DNA of 64,000 bases from the NCBI GenBank assembly GCA_041690595.1, contig JAWLHB010000006.1, positions 186,001 through 250,000 of the forward strand. The letters run 5' to 3'. Shown one piece after another: positions 18,415-28,865 of the stretch. Position numbers and translations under genes: made by a program. The DNA is from Lentisphaeria bacterium (GTDB lineage: Bacteria > Verrucomicrobiota > Lentisphaeria > JABSQK01 > JAWLHB01). The notes beneath the pieces were generated by a model, which worked only from the letters and a program-made list of their open reading frames with translations, was not told where the DNA came from and ran no database searches. Position 1 is the stretch's first letter. The number at the start of each line of letters is the position of its first letter.

Positions 18415-21400
18415 TACGCCTGCTCATCGTCGTTACCGTCCTCCTTCTCGCGCCACTCACCCAGTCCCAGAGCCACGAGTTGCTGGTCCGCAACCCGCTT
18501 CCGGAACCCAGGCCCGGCTGCTGGGTCACCGTAACCCTGACGGAACTCGGCCTGCCGGCCGACCCCACGTGGCGAAGCGTCACCGTTCGCGACGAGGCGG
18601 GAACCTTCATCCCCGCCCAACTCGATCGCATGGATCCAGCCACTGGATTCAGCTCCGAGATCCTCATGCGTCTCGATCTGGCCCCCCTCGCCGAACGCCG
18701 CCTCCTCCTCCAGCTCTCCACCGATTCCCCGACCGACGGCGAGCGCTGCACCGTGCGCCCCGACGGTGACAGCCTCCTCGTGCAGACGCCCGCCGCCCTC
18801 TACCCTGTCAGCCGCTACCGCGACACCCTCCGCGTCGAACAACCACGGCCAGGCTCCACCGAAAGCCGCCGAGAAGCGGCAGTCGAGGATATGCTCGACG
18901 AGCTGCTCGACGCACCCACGGCCCCGGCCACCACCATCGGCGTCAAGCCGAAGCTCGATCCCCCCATGCGCGACGATGGACTCCCCTTCTGCATCCAGGG
19001 GCTCAATCGCTTCACCAGCAACGCCCGCCTCATCAGCTGGAACGGCTCCCTGCGCGCGAGCATCGCGCTGGTCGACGAGATCATCCTCGGCGAGGGAAAA
19101 GCACGAATCATGCAGCGCTTCTGGTTCCCCGTCGACGGCCGGGAGATCCACCTCGACGCTGCCATCCAGGTTCTGGAAGCCATCCCCAAGGGACGCTTCA
19201 CCTTCGGCGCCATCCAGCTCAACAGCAAGGACTTCCCCTGGACGGCACACTTCGGCCAGGACAGCGGCCCACCCCTGACAGCCCCCGTTCAGCTGGCGAT
19301 TCGCGCCATCGGCAAGCAGCCCTATCTCGAAGGCTACCAGCGCAGCAGCTTCAACCATCTCTTCGCCACCCTCGCCGGCTCCCCCGGTTGGATCGCCACC
19401 CTCCTCGACCGGCGCACCAGCAGGCTCGGCCTCACCACCCACTGGGGCACCGGCCGCATCCTTCTCGACTCCCGCCTCAACTATGACGATCCCGGCCCCC
19501 ACGCCCCCACCCTCGCCCATGTCCTGGACCACCCCGACCTCCCCGCCGGTTTCACTGGCAGCCTGCGCGCCCTCTTCCCCTTCGGCACCGAAACCGAGGC
19601 AGCCATGCCCGACTCCCTGCCACGCTCCTTCCAGCATCCTCCCGCCATTCTCCCGATCCAGCCCCTCCCCCACCCCACCCCAGACGCCCAAACCCTGCGC
19701 CACCTCATCGACACCCGTCGTGTTCTGATCGCCGTGCCCGATCACGAGCCCGACGAGCGGCGCAAACTGTGGGATCGCCTGGCCGCCGCAACCGGCGGGA
19801 TGTGGCGACGCTCCGCGGGCATCCTGCATTTCATCAACACCGTCCATGGCGGCAAAGTCCCCACCGGCATGCTCATCATCGTTGTCGGCTCCCCCGGCTG
19901 TGGCGGCCTCTTCGACCAGATGAACCAGAGCCATCAGGTGCTCAACCCGTACCCACTCACCGACGCGCGCCGCATGCTGGCGTTGATCGACGGACAGCCC
20001 GCCGCCGACCCCGACGAGGCGGGAGCACTCCTGATCGCCGCCACCAATCGCCAGGCTCACCTCCCCGACCTCGTCGAGACCCTCCTGGGCCAGCTCGGCG
20101 AACGCCCGCCGCGACCGCCCATCACCCTCTCTCAGCAGTCGTGGGCCGACAAAATGCCCGCCCCGTGGGAGGGATTGAGCGACACCCCCTCCCCCTTCCG
20201 AGCCCTCGCCTGGCGTCGCGGCCACGCCGAGTACCTCCTTCTCCTGCGCGCCAACCAGCCCCTTCGCCACCTCGAGCTGGCAGCTCCCCCGGACGCCACC
20301 ACCCGTTTCATAACCTGGACCTACGAGGCCGCGGAAGGCCCCCGCGTCGTCCCCCTCCACGATGCCGCCGTGCCCGAGCCGCCCGACCTTCTGGAAGCAA
20401 ACCACCAACTCGGCATCTGGATCACCCTCCCCATTCCCGCCGATGCCCCCGTCGGCCTGCAGCGCCACGAGGCCACCCTCACCTGGGACGGAGGCAGCCG
20501 CGACCTGCTCTTCGAGACCGAGATCCTCGCCCCCATTCTGCCCGACAAGCCCGTTCTCGGCTTCTACCCCATGGGCATGCACAAGCAGGAAGTCTGCCGT
20601 TACTTCCACTGGGATCTCGAAACCTACTACGCCCGTCTCCCCGACCTCCTCCGCCAGCGCCGCGACTTCCACGCCTCCACCTACACCCTCGACATGCGAA
20701 CCATCCGGCTCCACCTCGACGACGACGGCAACCTCTCCGCCGATACCTCCGAGTTCCGCCGCGAACTCGACGCCGTGCGCCAATCCGGTGCCATCGATAC
20801 CCTCTTCATCGACAACCCCAAGTTCTTCGAGCGCGAAAACAAAAGCGTCATCGCCGAACTCATCCGCCACCACCAGCTCCCCGACGACTTCGCCGCATGG
20901 GAATACATCATCCCCGTCATCCACGCCGAAATGGAAGAACTCGGCCTCGCCGGCAGCATCGTCTGCCGTTATGCGGATGAGATCGACGATTACGAGCGCT
21001 GGCTGGCCTACGCCCGCCTCTACGCCCGCTGCGGCTTCCGCATGTCCGTCGCCATCAACGGCTACGGTGTCTTCAACAAGCATCAGGGTGTCGGCACCAT
21101 GGGCTTCTGGATCCCCCTCTACAACTTCTACCTCAACCGCTGGGGAAACTCCATCCCCGATGACGATCCCGAGCACTTCTCCAGGCACTTCCGCGATGCC
21201 CGCCAAGCCGCCGGCGAACCCGTCTGGCCCTATGTCTGCGGCCCTGGTCCCTACGCCTGGTCGGCCCGCCCCCGCTCCCAGGCGCGCTTCCTCGCGCTCG
21301 ACACCTACATGAAGGGCGCCGACGGCCTCAGCTACTACGGCGGCACCGTCTGGTCTCACGCCCTCGATCCCTTCTACCGCGACAAGCTCGTTCCGGATTT

Positions 21401-21677
21401 GCGCGGCATCGATGCAACCTTCACCACCCTCTTCTACCCCGACGCCGCCCATCACCGCCTGCTCCCCTCCCTCCGCGCCGCCGCCTTCCGCCTCGGGTTC
21501 GAGGATGCCGCCGCCACCGAAGCCGTCCGCCGACTCGCCGAAGCAGCCGGTCGAGCCGACGACATCGAATCCCGCCTCCAGTCCCTCTTCGCCACCCTGA
21601 CCATGGACGCGCCCCAAGCCGTCTTCGATGACTATCGCCGCTCCCTCAGCGCTCTCGCCCTCTCCCTGCAACCATGA
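18411..21677 (+). CDS. Large secreted glycoside-hydrolase-like protein, DUF4091/GH123-like C-terminus
   Basis: Signal peptide, YADE motif, VWPYVC, and LPSLRAAAFRLGFED, which resembles the DUF4091 S.R.E..R.G.ED terminus. Confidence 0.6.
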   Translation: MIRLLIVVTVLLLAPLTQSQSHELLVRNPLPEPRPGCWVTVTLTELGLPADPTWRSVTVRDEAGTFIPAQLDRMDPATGFSSEILMRLDLAPLAERRLLLQLSTDSPTDGERCTVRPDGDSLLVQTPAALYPVSRYRDTLRVEQPRPGSTESRREAAVEDMLDELLDAPTAPATTIGVKPKLDPPMRDDGLPFCIQGLNRFTSNARLISWNGSLRASIALVDEIILGEGKARIMQRFWFPVDGREIHLDAAIQVLEAIPKGRFTFGAIQLNSKDFPWTAHFGQDSGPPLTAPVQLAIRAIGKQPYLEGYQRSSFNHLFATLAGSPGWIATLLDRRTSRLGLTTHWGTGRILLDSRLNYDDPGPHAPTLAHVLDHPDLPAGFTGSLRALFPFGTETEAAMPDSLPRSFQHPPAILPIQPLPHPTPDAQTLRHLIDTRRVLIAVPDHEPDERRKLWDRLAAATGGMWRRSAGILHFINTVHGGKVPTGMLIIVVGSPGCGGLFDQMNQSHQVLNPYPLTDARRMLALIDGQPAADPDEAGALLIAATNRQAHLPDLVETLLGQLGERPPRPPITLSQQSWADKMPAPWEGLSDTPSPFRALAWRRGHAEYLLLLRANQPLRHLELAAPPDATTRFITWTYEAAEGPRVVPLHDAAVPEPPDLLEANHQLGIWITLPIPADAPVGLQRHEATLTWDGGSRDLLFETEILAPILPDKPVLGFYPMGMHKQEVCRYFHWDLETYYARLPDLLRQRRDFHASTYTLDMRTIRLHLDDDGNLSADTSEFRRELDAVRQSGAIDTLFIDNPKFFERENKSVIAELIRHHQLPDDFAAWEYIIPVIHAEMEELGLAGSIVCRYADEIDDYERWLAYARLYARCGFRMSVAINGYGVFNKHQGVGTMGFWIPLYNFYLNRWGNSIPDDDPEHFSRHFRDARQAAGEPVWPYVCGPGPYAWSARPRSQARFLALDTYMKGADGLSYYGGTVWSHALDPFYRDKLVPDLRGIDATFTTLFYPDAAHHRLLPSLRAAAFRLGFEDAAATEAVRRLAEAAGRADDIESRLQSLFATLTMDAPQAVFDDYRRSLSALALSLQP

Positions 21678-21688
21678 AGGAATGACGC

Positions 21689-24600
21689 ATGAAACGACTC
21701 CTCGCCCTCCTCCTCTCCCTGCCACTTCTTGCCCTCGCCACTATCGATCTCCGCTTCGAAAAAGATGGCGCCGCCATCTTCGAAAACGAGCTGATCAAGG
21801 TCACCTTCGCGCGCCACCCGGGTCACGCCTACGGCATCTATCAGTGGTTCTTCAAACCGACCGGCTACGAAATGGTCAATGTCCTCTATGGCCAGACCGA
21901 CTACGTGGAAGGACACGTCCTCGGTGAGCGCTGGGACCACGTAGAGAAACCCGGCCTCATCAGCAGCTCTCCCGACACCGGCAGCATGTACATCCCTGTC
22001 GAATTCGGCATCAGCGACGATGGCGCCGCCGCCAGGCTCGTCCAGGAAGCGCGCGGCAGCCACACCCTCCGCCGCACCATCGTCATGCGGCGCGACCTGG
22101 CCACCCTCGAAGTCAGCTACGATCTCCTCAACCGCGATGCGCCGACCAGCCTCGTGGCCCTGCGCTTTCACAGCGCCTGGAGCCCCGGCGCCCGCGGCCC
22201 CTACCAGCGACGGGACGACACCATCCACCTCGCTACCACCACCGGCATCCTCGCCCTCGATCAAGCCCTCAACAATGAGCAGTATCGTCACGCGCACGAG
22301 TGGGACAAGTTCTTCTATGCCGATTGGATGGAGGAACCGCGACGTAGCTGGACCCGCCCCAACCAGGCCCACGCCACCCTCGCCGACAGTTGGGCCGCCC
22401 AGGTTAACCGCACCCATGGCGATGGCATGGTCTTCGTCATGCAGCCCGATGGCTTCATGGGTTACTACAACTGCCCCGGCATCACCCTGGAGCCCGTCTA
22501 TCGCCCCGTCGCCCTCTCCCCCGGCGAGTCATGGTCCACCGTCGTTCATGTCGGCGCCTTCTCCGGCGCCAAAGACCGCCAGATCGTCGGCGCGACCCCC
22601 ATCTACCTCCTGGCCGACCCTTTGACCCTCCAGAATGGCAGACTGACCGCTACCCTCCTTCCCACCTTCGCCGGAACCCTTCTCGTGCGCGACGGCGATA
22701 CCGAGGCCGCCCGTCTCACCGCCTCCCCTGACACGCCCCTCCCCCTCGACGCCGCCGTCGCCGGCCCCCACTGGAGCATCGAGGCCCTCGACCGCCACGG
22801 CTTGTCCATCGGCCTCGTCAGGAGCGACGGCTCCTTTCATCTGCGCCAGGTGAACGTGCGTTTCGAACCGCCGGCCCGCCCCCCAGTCGCCGACCGGCAG
22901 GTCATTGTCGCGCCAGAGGATGAAGCCCACATCGCCGCCTTCCTCGCCCAGCGGGATCACGAGCTGACGGTCGTCTGCCCCCACGACTCCGACGACGCCA
23001 TCAAGCAGGTCGCACGCGAGATCGCCGACCGCCTCGGCCTGGGACTCGCATGGACCGATATCGGCGGACGCCAGATCGTCGTCGGCAGCACCCATAGCCA
23101 GCTCATCCGGGACATCGGCCAGCTCACCAACTCCCTCTCCGCCGAGTGGCCGGGTGCCGGCAAGGGCGCCATCCTTCACTTCCCCAACGTCGAACTCACC
23201 CAGGCGCCCATGGTCCTCATTGGCGGCACCGGTCCCGCCGGAACCCTGGCCGCCGCGCAACGCTTCATCGCCGATCATCCGGGCTCCCCCCGCCAGACAA
23301 CCGGCTTCCACCTGTGGGCCAGTCGTCCGGACCGCAAGCTCTTCCCCTACAGCCGCCCATTGCCCGATGATCCCGCCACCATCGAAATCTGGGCAGCCAA
23401 GGGAGAATACGAGCTCGCCCAGATCGCCATCACCGCCTTCGAACAACTCAAGGAGGTGGAGATTGTCACCTCACCCCTCATCCACCAGGAAAGCGGCGAG
23501 GTGCTCTCCTCCGCCAAAGAGATCACCCGCCATCGCAAGCTGAACGGCCCCCTCTGGGTACGCTGGGTCGACTACTTCCCCATCGACCGGCAGGATGGCT
23601 GGGCCGGCTTCCCCGATCCGCTCTTCGAACAGGCCGTAACGCCCATCCAGCCCGGCGCTACCCAACCCCTGTGGCTGACCTTCATCGTCCCCGAAACCGC
23701 TGCCCCCGGCACCTACACCAGCACCCTCACCGCCACCGCCAACGGCGTCTCCCACCAACTCCCCCTCACCCTCCACGTCTGGGACTTCACCATCCCCCGC
23801 GACGGCCTCAAAGGCGAACCCTACATGGATATGGCCGCCCTCAACCTCCACCAGGTCACCCGCGAACTCCGCGACAACCAGCTCCGTGACCTCATCAGCA
23901 ATCTCGTCGAACATGGCATGCGCGTCATTCACCTCGGCCCCACCGACATGTTCCGCTGGCACTTCAGCCCCGATGCCAGATACAGCCAGATCGATTTCGA
24001 TTGGCTCACCTGCAGCGATGATGGCACCATGGCCCTCGACGCCAGCCGATTCGACGAACTCATCGCCTGGTGCGACCAGGCTGCCAAGCCCTTCCAAATC
24101 ACCTTCATGCTCTACGCCCGCCCACTCCTCGACAAGGGATACGGCGACTTCCGCCGCGCCTTCCCCAAACGATTCGACCAGGCTCCCGAACGGCCGGATA
24201 CCCACTGGTACGCCCAGCACTATGCGGAAGCCATGCTCCGCGTCTATCGCAAACATCTGGAGAAGCGTGGCTTGCTCGATCGCGTCGTCCTCAAGCTGGC
24301 CGACGAGCCGCCCGGCTTCAGCTACTGGTACAACCGCTTTACCGAAGCCGCTCGCAACGTCGGCGTCCCCATCATGACCTGCTTCAACAGCATCGACTGG
24401 GAGGAAACCCGCGGCTTCGAGGACAAGGTCTCCCTCTGGCAGCCGCTCTACATGCACTACGATCCCGAAGTCTTCGCCCGCTTCCGCGAAGCAGGCGCCC
24501 AGATCTCCTGGTACAACTGCGGCCCACCGCCACGCATCACCAACGCCGTCCCCGCCGGCGAACTCCGCGGCTACCTCTGGCAGGCCGCCAAGGCCGATCT

Positions 24601-25018
24601 CGACGTCGTCGCCTGGTGGGGAATTCAGAACTGGGGCTACTACAATGGCTCCGAAGCACTCTGGCGCGACCGCTATTCACACTGGAACACCGTCACCTAC
24701 CCGCCCCATCCCACGCGCAAGCCATGGATGAAGCCTGGCAAGAGCTGGGTCGATTCCACCATTATCGACAGCATCCGCTGGGAGATGATCCGCGAGGGTA
24801 TGGAGGACGCCTGGTACGTCAACGAGCTCCGAAACCGCATCGCCAACGCTCGCGACAATGGCAACGATAATGCCGCCGACAAGGCCGAACAGGTTCTCCA
24901 CAACCTCTGGCAATCCACCTTCCCCACCCTCAACCACTACGCCCCGCCCTACCCCAGCATCATGCACGCACGGCGCACCGTCGCCGAAACCATCCTCGAC
25001 CTCGACCCTCGAAAATAA
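21689..25018 (+). CDS. Secreted DUF4091 (GH123-like) glycoside-hydrolase-like protein
   Basis: Signal peptide; AAKGEYE.AQ, FPDPL, QPLWLTF.VP..A.PGTY, L.VWDFTIP, LADEP, SIRWEMIREGMED. Confidence 0.75.
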   Translation: MKRLLALLLSLPLLALATIDLRFEKDGAAIFENELIKVTFARHPGHAYGIYQWFFKPTGYEMVNVLYGQTDYVEGHVLGERWDHVEKPGLISSSPDTGSMYIPVEFGISDDGAAARLVQEARGSHTLRRTIVMRRDLATLEVSYDLLNRDAPTSLVALRFHSAWSPGARGPYQRRDDTIHLATTTGILALDQALNNEQYRHAHEWDKFFYADWMEEPRRSWTRPNQAHATLADSWAAQVNRTHGDGMVFVMQPDGFMGYYNCPGITLEPVYRPVALSPGESWSTVVHVGAFSGAKDRQIVGATPIYLLADPLTLQNGRLTATLLPTFAGTLLVRDGDTEAARLTASPDTPLPLDAAVAGPHWSIEALDRHGLSIGLVRSDGSFHLRQVNVRFEPPARPPVADRQVIVAPEDEAHIAAFLAQRDHELTVVCPHDSDDAIKQVAREIADRLGLGLAWTDIGGRQIVVGSTHSQLIRDIGQLTNSLSAEWPGAGKGAILHFPNVELTQAPMVLIGGTGPAGTLAAAQRFIADHPGSPRQTTGFHLWASRPDRKLFPYSRPLPDDPATIEIWAAKGEYELAQIAITAFEQLKEVEIVTSPLIHQESGEVLSSAKEITRHRKLNGPLWVRWVDYFPIDRQDGWAGFPDPLFEQAVTPIQPGATQPLWLTFIVPETAAPGTYTSTLTATANGVSHQLPLTLHVWDFTIPRDGLKGEPYMDMAALNLHQVTRELRDNQLRDLISNLVEHGMRVIHLGPTDMFRWHFSPDARYSQIDFDWLTCSDDGTMALDASRFDELIAWCDQAAKPFQITFMLYARPLLDKGYGDFRRAFPKRFDQAPERPDTHWYAQHYAEAMLRVYRKHLEKRGLLDRVVLKLADEPPGFSYWYNRFTEAARNVGVPIMTCFNSIDWEETRGFEDKVSLWQPLYMHYDPEVFARFREAGAQISWYNCGPPPRITNAVPAGELRGYLWQAAKADLDVVAWWGIQNWGYYNGSEALWRDRYSHWNTVTYPPHPTRKPWMKPGKSWVDSTIIDSIRWEMIREGMEDAWYVNELRNRIANARDNGNDNAADKAEQVLHNLWQSTFPTLNHYAPPYPSIMHARRTVAETILDLDPRK

Positions 25019-25098
25019 ACCCGCGCCCACTGGCATCCTTTATATAAAAAAGATATAATGACTTGAGCGAATACCCTTCACCAAAAGGAGACTGCCTC

Positions 25099-25761
25099 AT
25101 GCATCAGCGAAGCCGTTTCACCTTGATCGAGTTGCTGGTTGTGGTGGCCATAATTGCCATCCTCGCCAGCCTCCTCCTCCCCGCCCTCGCAAAAGCACGC
25201 AGCGTCGCCCTCCGCACCTCCTGCGCCAACAATCTCAAACAACAGGGCCTCGCCTTTGCCATGTATGCTGCCGATAATGACAGCTGGTTGGGCGGGCATG
25301 ACGGTTCCGCCGCCAAGAAATCCATCTGGCGTCACGAAGTCGGCCCTTACGTCGGCGGCTACTCCGGCGGCTACACCCTCACGCCCAACGAAATCTTCGT
25401 CTGCCCCGCCCTCGATGTCGGCAGAATCGGCTGGCTCCAGCAGTATCGCAATGAAAGCTATGTCAAGGGACAGCCTCGCGGCCTTCCCTATCATCCCGAC
25501 TATACCGATTATCACATCAACTACAGCTACCACTTCTATCGCGAAAACTCCCTCGATGTGCCCGAAGAACGACTCCTCCTCGCCGACGGCAAGACCCTCA
25601 GCGAAACCATGAACCCCGCCAACACCTTTATCGGCATCGATAGGGCCTTCCGCGAAGAATACCGTCACGATCTCCAACTCAACGTCGTCCATGCCGGAGG
25701 AAACGTGGGAACCTACCCCTTCCAACTGAGGGTTCTCCAGTACGCCATAGGGATGTACTGA
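25099..25761 (+). CDS. Prepilin-type N-terminal cleavage/methylation domain protein (PVC pseudopilin family)
   Basis: [28 protein letters not shown]...C.NNLKQ; F.CP; degenerate H-X9-GG tail; AGGAG RBS before ATG 25099. Confidence 0.9.
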   Translation: MHQRSRFTLIELLVVVAIIAILASLLLPALAKARSVALRTSCANNLKQQGLAFAMYAADNDSWLGGHDGSAAKKSIWRHEVGPYVGGYSGGYTLTPNEIFVCPALDVGRIGWLQQYRNESYVKGQPRGLPYHPDYTDYHINYSYHFYRENSLDVPEERLLLADGKTLSETMNPANTFIGIDRAFREEYRHDLQLNVVHAGGNVGTYPFQLRVLQYAIGMY

Positions 25762-25762
25762 T

Positions 25763-27619
25763 ATGATCACACCCTCCATGAGCACCCTCCCGGCGGAAAT
25801 TCGACGCGCCATCGACGAAGATCTCGACCTCATCGCCCGACTCGCCCCAGAGCGCCTGCTCCCCCTGCAGGGACGCCACCTCCAGCTCGTCTCCCTCAGC
25901 GACGGCAAGCCCCCCGCCGATATCCCCGATCACCAGCTCATTCGGCCCGCAACAACCATCCCCTCCCCCTTTGACCAGCGCTGCAAATGGGAAATCGAGC
26001 GGCAGTCCTTCCAGATCATCGACCGCGGTGATACCCTCTGGGTGATCGGCGGCGCCGCGCCGGGATGCTACTACGGCATGCTTGAACTCCTGGAAGCGCT
26101 CACCGGCGTCATCTGGGCTGGGTTGACCGAGGCGGACATCTGGTTCGGCCCGACCCTGCCGCTCCCGACCGCGGTTCAACGCCCCACCCTCGCCTTCCGC
26201 TCACGCGATGGCGCCGCCCCCAACGGCGATCTCAGTCACGACTTTCTGCGCTGGCTCAGCCGAAATCGCTACAACAACTGGCGCCGCAACAGCCAGCACT
26301 GGGTGCGTCTACCCGTCCAGGTGCGCGAGCCCCTCCTCCGCCTCTGCCGCGAGCGCTCCATTCACCTCACCCTCGGCGACCATGCCATGGCTTACTTCCT
26401 CCCGGAAGAGATCTACAGCCAGCGCCCCGACTGGTTCGGCATGCGCGAAGGCAAACGGCTCCGCCGCGGTCATGTGACCATGCCCGACGTCCCCCACCTC
26501 AACTGTGAACTCCCCATCCAGCCATGCTTCAGCAACCCCGACCTGCGCGAATACCTCGCCGGGCGCATGGCCGCCCACATGGCCGAGCATCCACAGGCCG
26601 ACATCTTCGGGCTCTGGCCCCACGACGGCGTCAACAACTGGTGCGAATGCGAAAACTGCCTGCGCAGCACCCCCTACGAGCACATGCATGCCCTCGCCAT
26701 GGTGCTCAGCGAAAAACTCCCCCCGCATCTGCCCATCGAGCTGATCTCCTACTCCAACCTGCTCAATCTGCCATGGAAGCCCCTGCCCCGCAACGACCGC
26801 ATCTTCACCATGCTCTGCCCCTATCTCCGCCCCTTCCGGCACCGCATCTTCGAGCCATGGGATCACCCCCTGGAAACGGGTACCAAATACCCCGCACCAG
26901 ACCGCATCAACCCGGTTGACGACCGCGAATACGGCATCCTCTTCGAGCGCTGGAAGCAAACCTGCGATGCCGCCGGACAAGCCATCGCCATCTTCGAATA
27001 TGGGCCCCCTTTCCCCGACGAAACCCGCCGCTTCGACCGCACCCGCTATCATTACCATCCCTGCCTCGAACTGCGCGCCGACGAAATCCGCTGGTACAGC
27101 CGCCGCGGCGTCAGCCTCTACTACCTCTGCAATGTCCACAATGGCTGGCCAGACTCCTTCCACCAGCTCATGCACGGCAGGCTGATGTGGAATCCCGATG
27201 CCCTCATCGACCAATGGGCGGCAAGGTACTATACCGCCATGGCCGGCGAAAAAGGGCTGCCACTGCGCAAGGCCCTGTGCCGGATCGACGAGGTCCTCCT
27301 GCGCGAAGAGTCCCCCCTTCTCGAACTCGCCGTACTGGCCGAGCTCCTTGACGGCACCCTCAACGCCCCATGGGCAGAACGCTATCGCCTCTGGATACGC
27401 TATGTGCACATCGCCCGCGCCGCGCGTGAAGCCGAACTGGCCGCCGATTACGAGACTGCCATCCGCTATGAGCAGCGCATTCAGGCATTGCTGGACGACA
27501 TCGCGCCCGCCATCGAGAACTACATACCGCCCGACTACCTGCGCCGCAATTCTATCCTCTTCGAACAGCGACACAAGGAGAAGCTCGGCGCCTCCCAATC
27601 CTGCGCCTATCACCTCTGA
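25763..27619 (+). CDS. DUF4838 domain protein (glycoside-hydrolase-like)
   Basis: GH67-N-like G..YGM.E.LE; WL.RNRYN; PDWF; QPCFSNP; PHDG.NNWCECENC; LMWNP. Confidence 0.75.
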   Translation: MITPSMSTLPAEIRRAIDEDLDLIARLAPERLLPLQGRHLQLVSLSDGKPPADIPDHQLIRPATTIPSPFDQRCKWEIERQSFQIIDRGDTLWVIGGAAPGCYYGMLELLEALTGVIWAGLTEADIWFGPTLPLPTAVQRPTLAFRSRDGAAPNGDLSHDFLRWLSRNRYNNWRRNSQHWVRLPVQVREPLLRLCRERSIHLTLGDHAMAYFLPEEIYSQRPDWFGMREGKRLRRGHVTMPDVPHLNCELPIQPCFSNPDLREYLAGRMAAHMAEHPQADIFGLWPHDGVNNWCECENCLRSTPYEHMHALAMVLSEKLPPHLPIELISYSNLLNLPWKPLPRNDRIFTMLCPYLRPFRHRIFEPWDHPLETGTKYPAPDRINPVDDREYGILFERWKQTCDAAGQAIAIFEYGPPFPDETRRFDRTRYHYHPCLELRADEIRWYSRRGVSLYYLCNVHNGWPDSFHQLMHGRLMWNPDALIDQWAARYYTAMAGEKGLPLRKALCRIDEVLLREESPLLELAVLAELLDGTLNAPWAERYRLWIRYVHIARAAREAELAADYETAIRYEQRIQALLDDIAPAIENYIPPDYLRRNSILFEQRHKEKLGASQSCAYHL

Positions 27620-27625
27620 ACCCGA

Positions 27626-28717
27626 TCAGCGATACGCCTCCACCCGCTCCCAAAGTTGGTGGAAGCTATCCAGATTGTCACACAGGCAGTGGATGTAGAC
27701 TCCCTTCGAGCCGATCGCATCGAGCAGCGGAATGACCTCCTCAGGCTTCACGCAGATCACCTGCAGAGACTTGCCAGCCGCCAGGATACGGCGATACATC
27801 TCGTGCCAGCGCGGCGATCCGCCACCTTCTATGCCCGCCTGCGGCGTCCACTCGATAGCGGTCAGCGGCTCGATCTCCAGCAGGTGGTCGAGGTGGCAGA
27901 TGCACTGGGTCCCATCCAGATGAAAAAGGGAATTGTCCAGCCACGCGCACTGCGCCGTCAACGCCGGGACCACAAAACGCTTGAACATGGCGGGGGAGAA
28001 CATGGCCCCCGCGTCACACTGCACTTTCGCCGTCTTGCCCGGACCCCAGATGCCGAAGCAGGCAAAGGCACTGCTCCCATCCTCCAGCTTGATGATCTCG
28101 TAAATGCGCTCATACGCCGCAAACCAGACCTCATTGATCTCCAACACCTTCTCTTCCACCCACTCCGGGCGCTCTATCATGTCCATCATCAGATGCTGAG
28201 GATCGCGCAACGCCGAAAGAATGTCCACGTTCTCCACCAGATCCGGACACCCCGTCAGATACTTACCATGACCAAGCCGCACATTGGCCCGGCAAGTCTC
28301 CGCGTGGATCTGGAAAAAACGATTGCTCTCGTCAAAGCGAAAAGGCGGCTCACTTTCCGGCTCGGCCAGCGAAACCATGGTCGGCTCGAACCAGACGGTA
28401 GACGGTGAATAGCCCGGCTCAGAACCCAGCAGCAGCGCCAGCGATCCCGGACCAACCATGGTGTCCGCAACAGGCAGCGAATCTCCAGGATACGCAACCT
28501 GCGCAAGCCGAGAGCGATTCCACTCGGCCCGCCAGTCCGGATCCTCGAAGAAATCGCCACCCGTCGGTCTGCCCTTCGACGGCTCCGGCACGACTTCATG
28601 CACCTGCTCACTGCGAATGCCGCCCCAGCTACAGAAAACCATTCCCTCACCCGACCACCATTGCCGGAAATGCTTCTGGGTACGTTCCCAATCTGCCTGC
28701 CATGACAGTTGCGTCAT
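27626..28717 (-). CDS. URO-D/methyltransferase superfamily TIM-barrel protein
   Basis: GPGSLA.LLG, PDL, LSALR, MIERPEWV, QCD..AMFSP.MF..FV.P, FHLDG, IEWTP.AG. Confidence 0.7.
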   Translation of the reverse strand: MTQLSWQADWERTQKHFRQWWSGEGMVFCSWGGIRSEQVHEVVPEPSKGRPTGGDFFEDPDWRAEWNRSRLAQVAYPGDSLPVADTMVGPGSLALLLGSEPGYSPSTVWFEPTMVSLAEPESEPPFRFDESNRFFQIHAETCRANVRLGHGKYLTGCPDLVENVDILSALRDPQHLMMDMIERPEWVEEKVLEINEVWFAAYERIYEIIKLEDGSSAFACFGIWGPGKTAKVQCDAGAMFSPAMFKRFVVPALTAQCAWLDNSLFHLDGTQCICHLDHLLEIEPLTAIEWTPQAGIEGGGSPRWHEMYRRILAAGKSLQVICVKPEEVIPLLDAIGSKGVYIHCLCDNLDSFHQLWERVEAYR

Positions 28718-28865
28718 CGTCGCTCCCCCATTTGTGTCTCAAGTGACTGGATTCGCATAAGCTACCGCTCAGGATCGTTCTTGCCACCCTGCCAAACAAA
28801 AGAATGATGTTGCATTTGGCCACAGCCTCGCTATCCTACAATCGAACCGGAAGGGAATACCAACG

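Noticed and set aside
18312..21725. Long antisense ORFs (1137 aa here; also 998-3355, 32983-35319, 54942-57185, 61377-63794)
   Set aside because: Shadow ORFs of high-GC genes; the opposite strand carries the recognisable motifs, RBSs and operon structure
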